Assembly (NCBI GenBank): GCA_047967505.1
Contig: CM106538.1
Origin: Dipteris shenzhenensis
Taxonomy: Eukaryota
Reading direction: 5' to 3' (one strand)
DNA: 64,000 bases
How positions within the stretch are numbered: the stretch's first letter is position 1; each line of letters opens with the position of its first letter. This document shows, one piece after another, positions 62,501 to 64,000 of this stretch. The notes under the pieces are model-generated. The model worked only from the letters and a program-made list of their open reading frames with translations, did no database searches and was not told the origin of the DNA. Position numbers and translations under genes: made by a program.

Positions 62501-64000
62501 ATCGAGCTTCATCCGCACATGTGGCTTATATATTTATAAAACTTCTTACGTTTGGAACTATGGGGTAACTTTTCCACTGGTAAGGTGTTCCCAAGTAAGG
62601 GTTCATTTGCTGTGCATACTCCTTCTAGTCCATTTGGGGACCATTCAAGAGGTGGTGGTTTTGATTTTGAGGGAGCTGGCTTTGCAAAATACAATTCGAC
62701 GATCCTTGTTTGGACTCATTCAAATTCATTGAAGTGTTCGACTTTGGCTTTTCTGCGATTTCCTCCAACTTTATTGTGGGATCTTCTGCTATTATTCAAC
62801 TTTGGAGGTTCAACTTTTGGGAGCTTGACTGCCATTAGGGCATGCAGAATGGATGTCATTATCAAAGATTTGATCTTCAATTTTAACATTCTCAGCCTCA
62901 GTTTCAAGGTCCCAAGGAAAATCTGAGTCATCATTGGTATGGGTACCTTCTTCAAGTTCATTATTCCACTTGAGGTTAGCCATAAAGAATGGCACCTCTG
63001 GATCAATTGGTTCTTCATGTGTGAGTGGAGGATCTACCTGTAGCACCTTAGCATCTATCTATGAGAAGATGGGGTCTAATGAATGGCAGTTGTCGATGGT
63101 TGCCAATGTTTATATCCAGTTATTAACATTGCTTTGTGAATCGCCCGCTATGGCATGCTGTTGTAGGAGAGCTGATTTGCTTGAGATTTTCATTGAAGAT
63201 GTGTTCCAATGCTCTAGGCACAATCGGTTTTATAGCTCCTGTCCCCACATTCACTCTAACTACGGTGCAATTCTAGATTGTTAGTCTATCAATTCCCCAA
63301 TCATGGAAGACTGATGCTTCTCGTAACCAAGGACGTCCCACTAAGATTTGATAGGATCTTTTGGGGAGATCCAAGATTGTGAATTGAAGGGAAAAGAGGA
63401 CTCCTGCGACCTTTGTGAACATACCATTCATTATTCCCAAGGGTTTAGCCCATGAATCATCGGCAAGGCATACATTGAAATTAGCATTTTGCATTGGTAG
63501 GAGACCCCATTCATCGTAGACCTCCTTTGATAAGACATTTACACCTGCTCCACCATCCACTATGGCTTGGACTTCATTATATGCCTTGTGGATCAAAGGC
63601 ATAGTAATGTTGCATATGTCATCTCTCTCATCCATCCACATAGGGATATCTTCGATATCATTCATAGGTGGAGAGGGATTTGCAAGTTCAATTCATCCTT
63701 TGAAACTCTCCCAAAGATTGGGACAATTTCGTAGGAGGATTCCCATGGGAATTGACACAGGGCAAGTCAAGATACTAGAGAGTGTGGCTCCTTCAAGTTG
63801 ACGTGGTGGTACATTATGTTGTGGAGTCTGTTGTTGGAACAGAGGCTCGAATACATTATCACTACTTTGTGGGGCCAAGTCATGGATTGGCTCTTGAGCT
63901 TGTTTCTCAGCCTCAAATTGAGCTTGCTTCTTTTGTACCCATTGTTGAAGTGCCTAAAAACGAGCCTTCTCCACCTCTGCATTTGGGTATGGAGCTTCTT
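59600..64000 (-). mobile_element. Gypsy LTR retrotransposon pol remnant (PR-RT-RH-INT)
   Basis: Protease AIVDGGAGVN (63273-63665); RT WVSPIVIVPK, DHYPLP, MPFGLCNA, FLDD; RNase H DGSKYAIG, YATTEREAL, YTDHQAL; integrase HEG..GGHF, RFGCP, YPQGNGQAE, GPY. Stops and internal deletions; runs off the window. Confidence 0.95.

Overview
Eukaryotic, land-plant-type genomic DNA (GT-AG introns, plant TE families; a non-seed plant such as a fern is my inference, not proven). Only two intact host genes are visible: a 5-exon BT1/BTL-like mitochondrial-carrier gene (minus, 4158-6444) and an intronless PHT1 phosphate transporter with an expanded central loop (48376-50244). The rest is nested transposon debris and satellites. 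(1) A Helitron with a reconstructable A|T empty site (7244-13940) hosts a hAT element with a perfect 8-bp TSD; the hAT carries captured WAKL, alternative-oxidase and receptor-kinase fragments upstream of a transposase with one premature stop. (2) A 17-kb block bounded by 34-bp inverted repeats (21062-38078) contains a CACTA element and a cluster of chromatin-related TE cargo: a BAH-like fragment, a SET domain, an ORF starting with a histone-H3-tail mimic (MARVKQTAR) directly downstream of a RAG1/Transib-like transposase remnant, and a divergent histone H3 fold. (3) Gypsy and Copia remnants and a ~356-bp satellite with apparent 4-mer higher-order structure. All protein-family calls come from motif recognition by eye; no database search was run.
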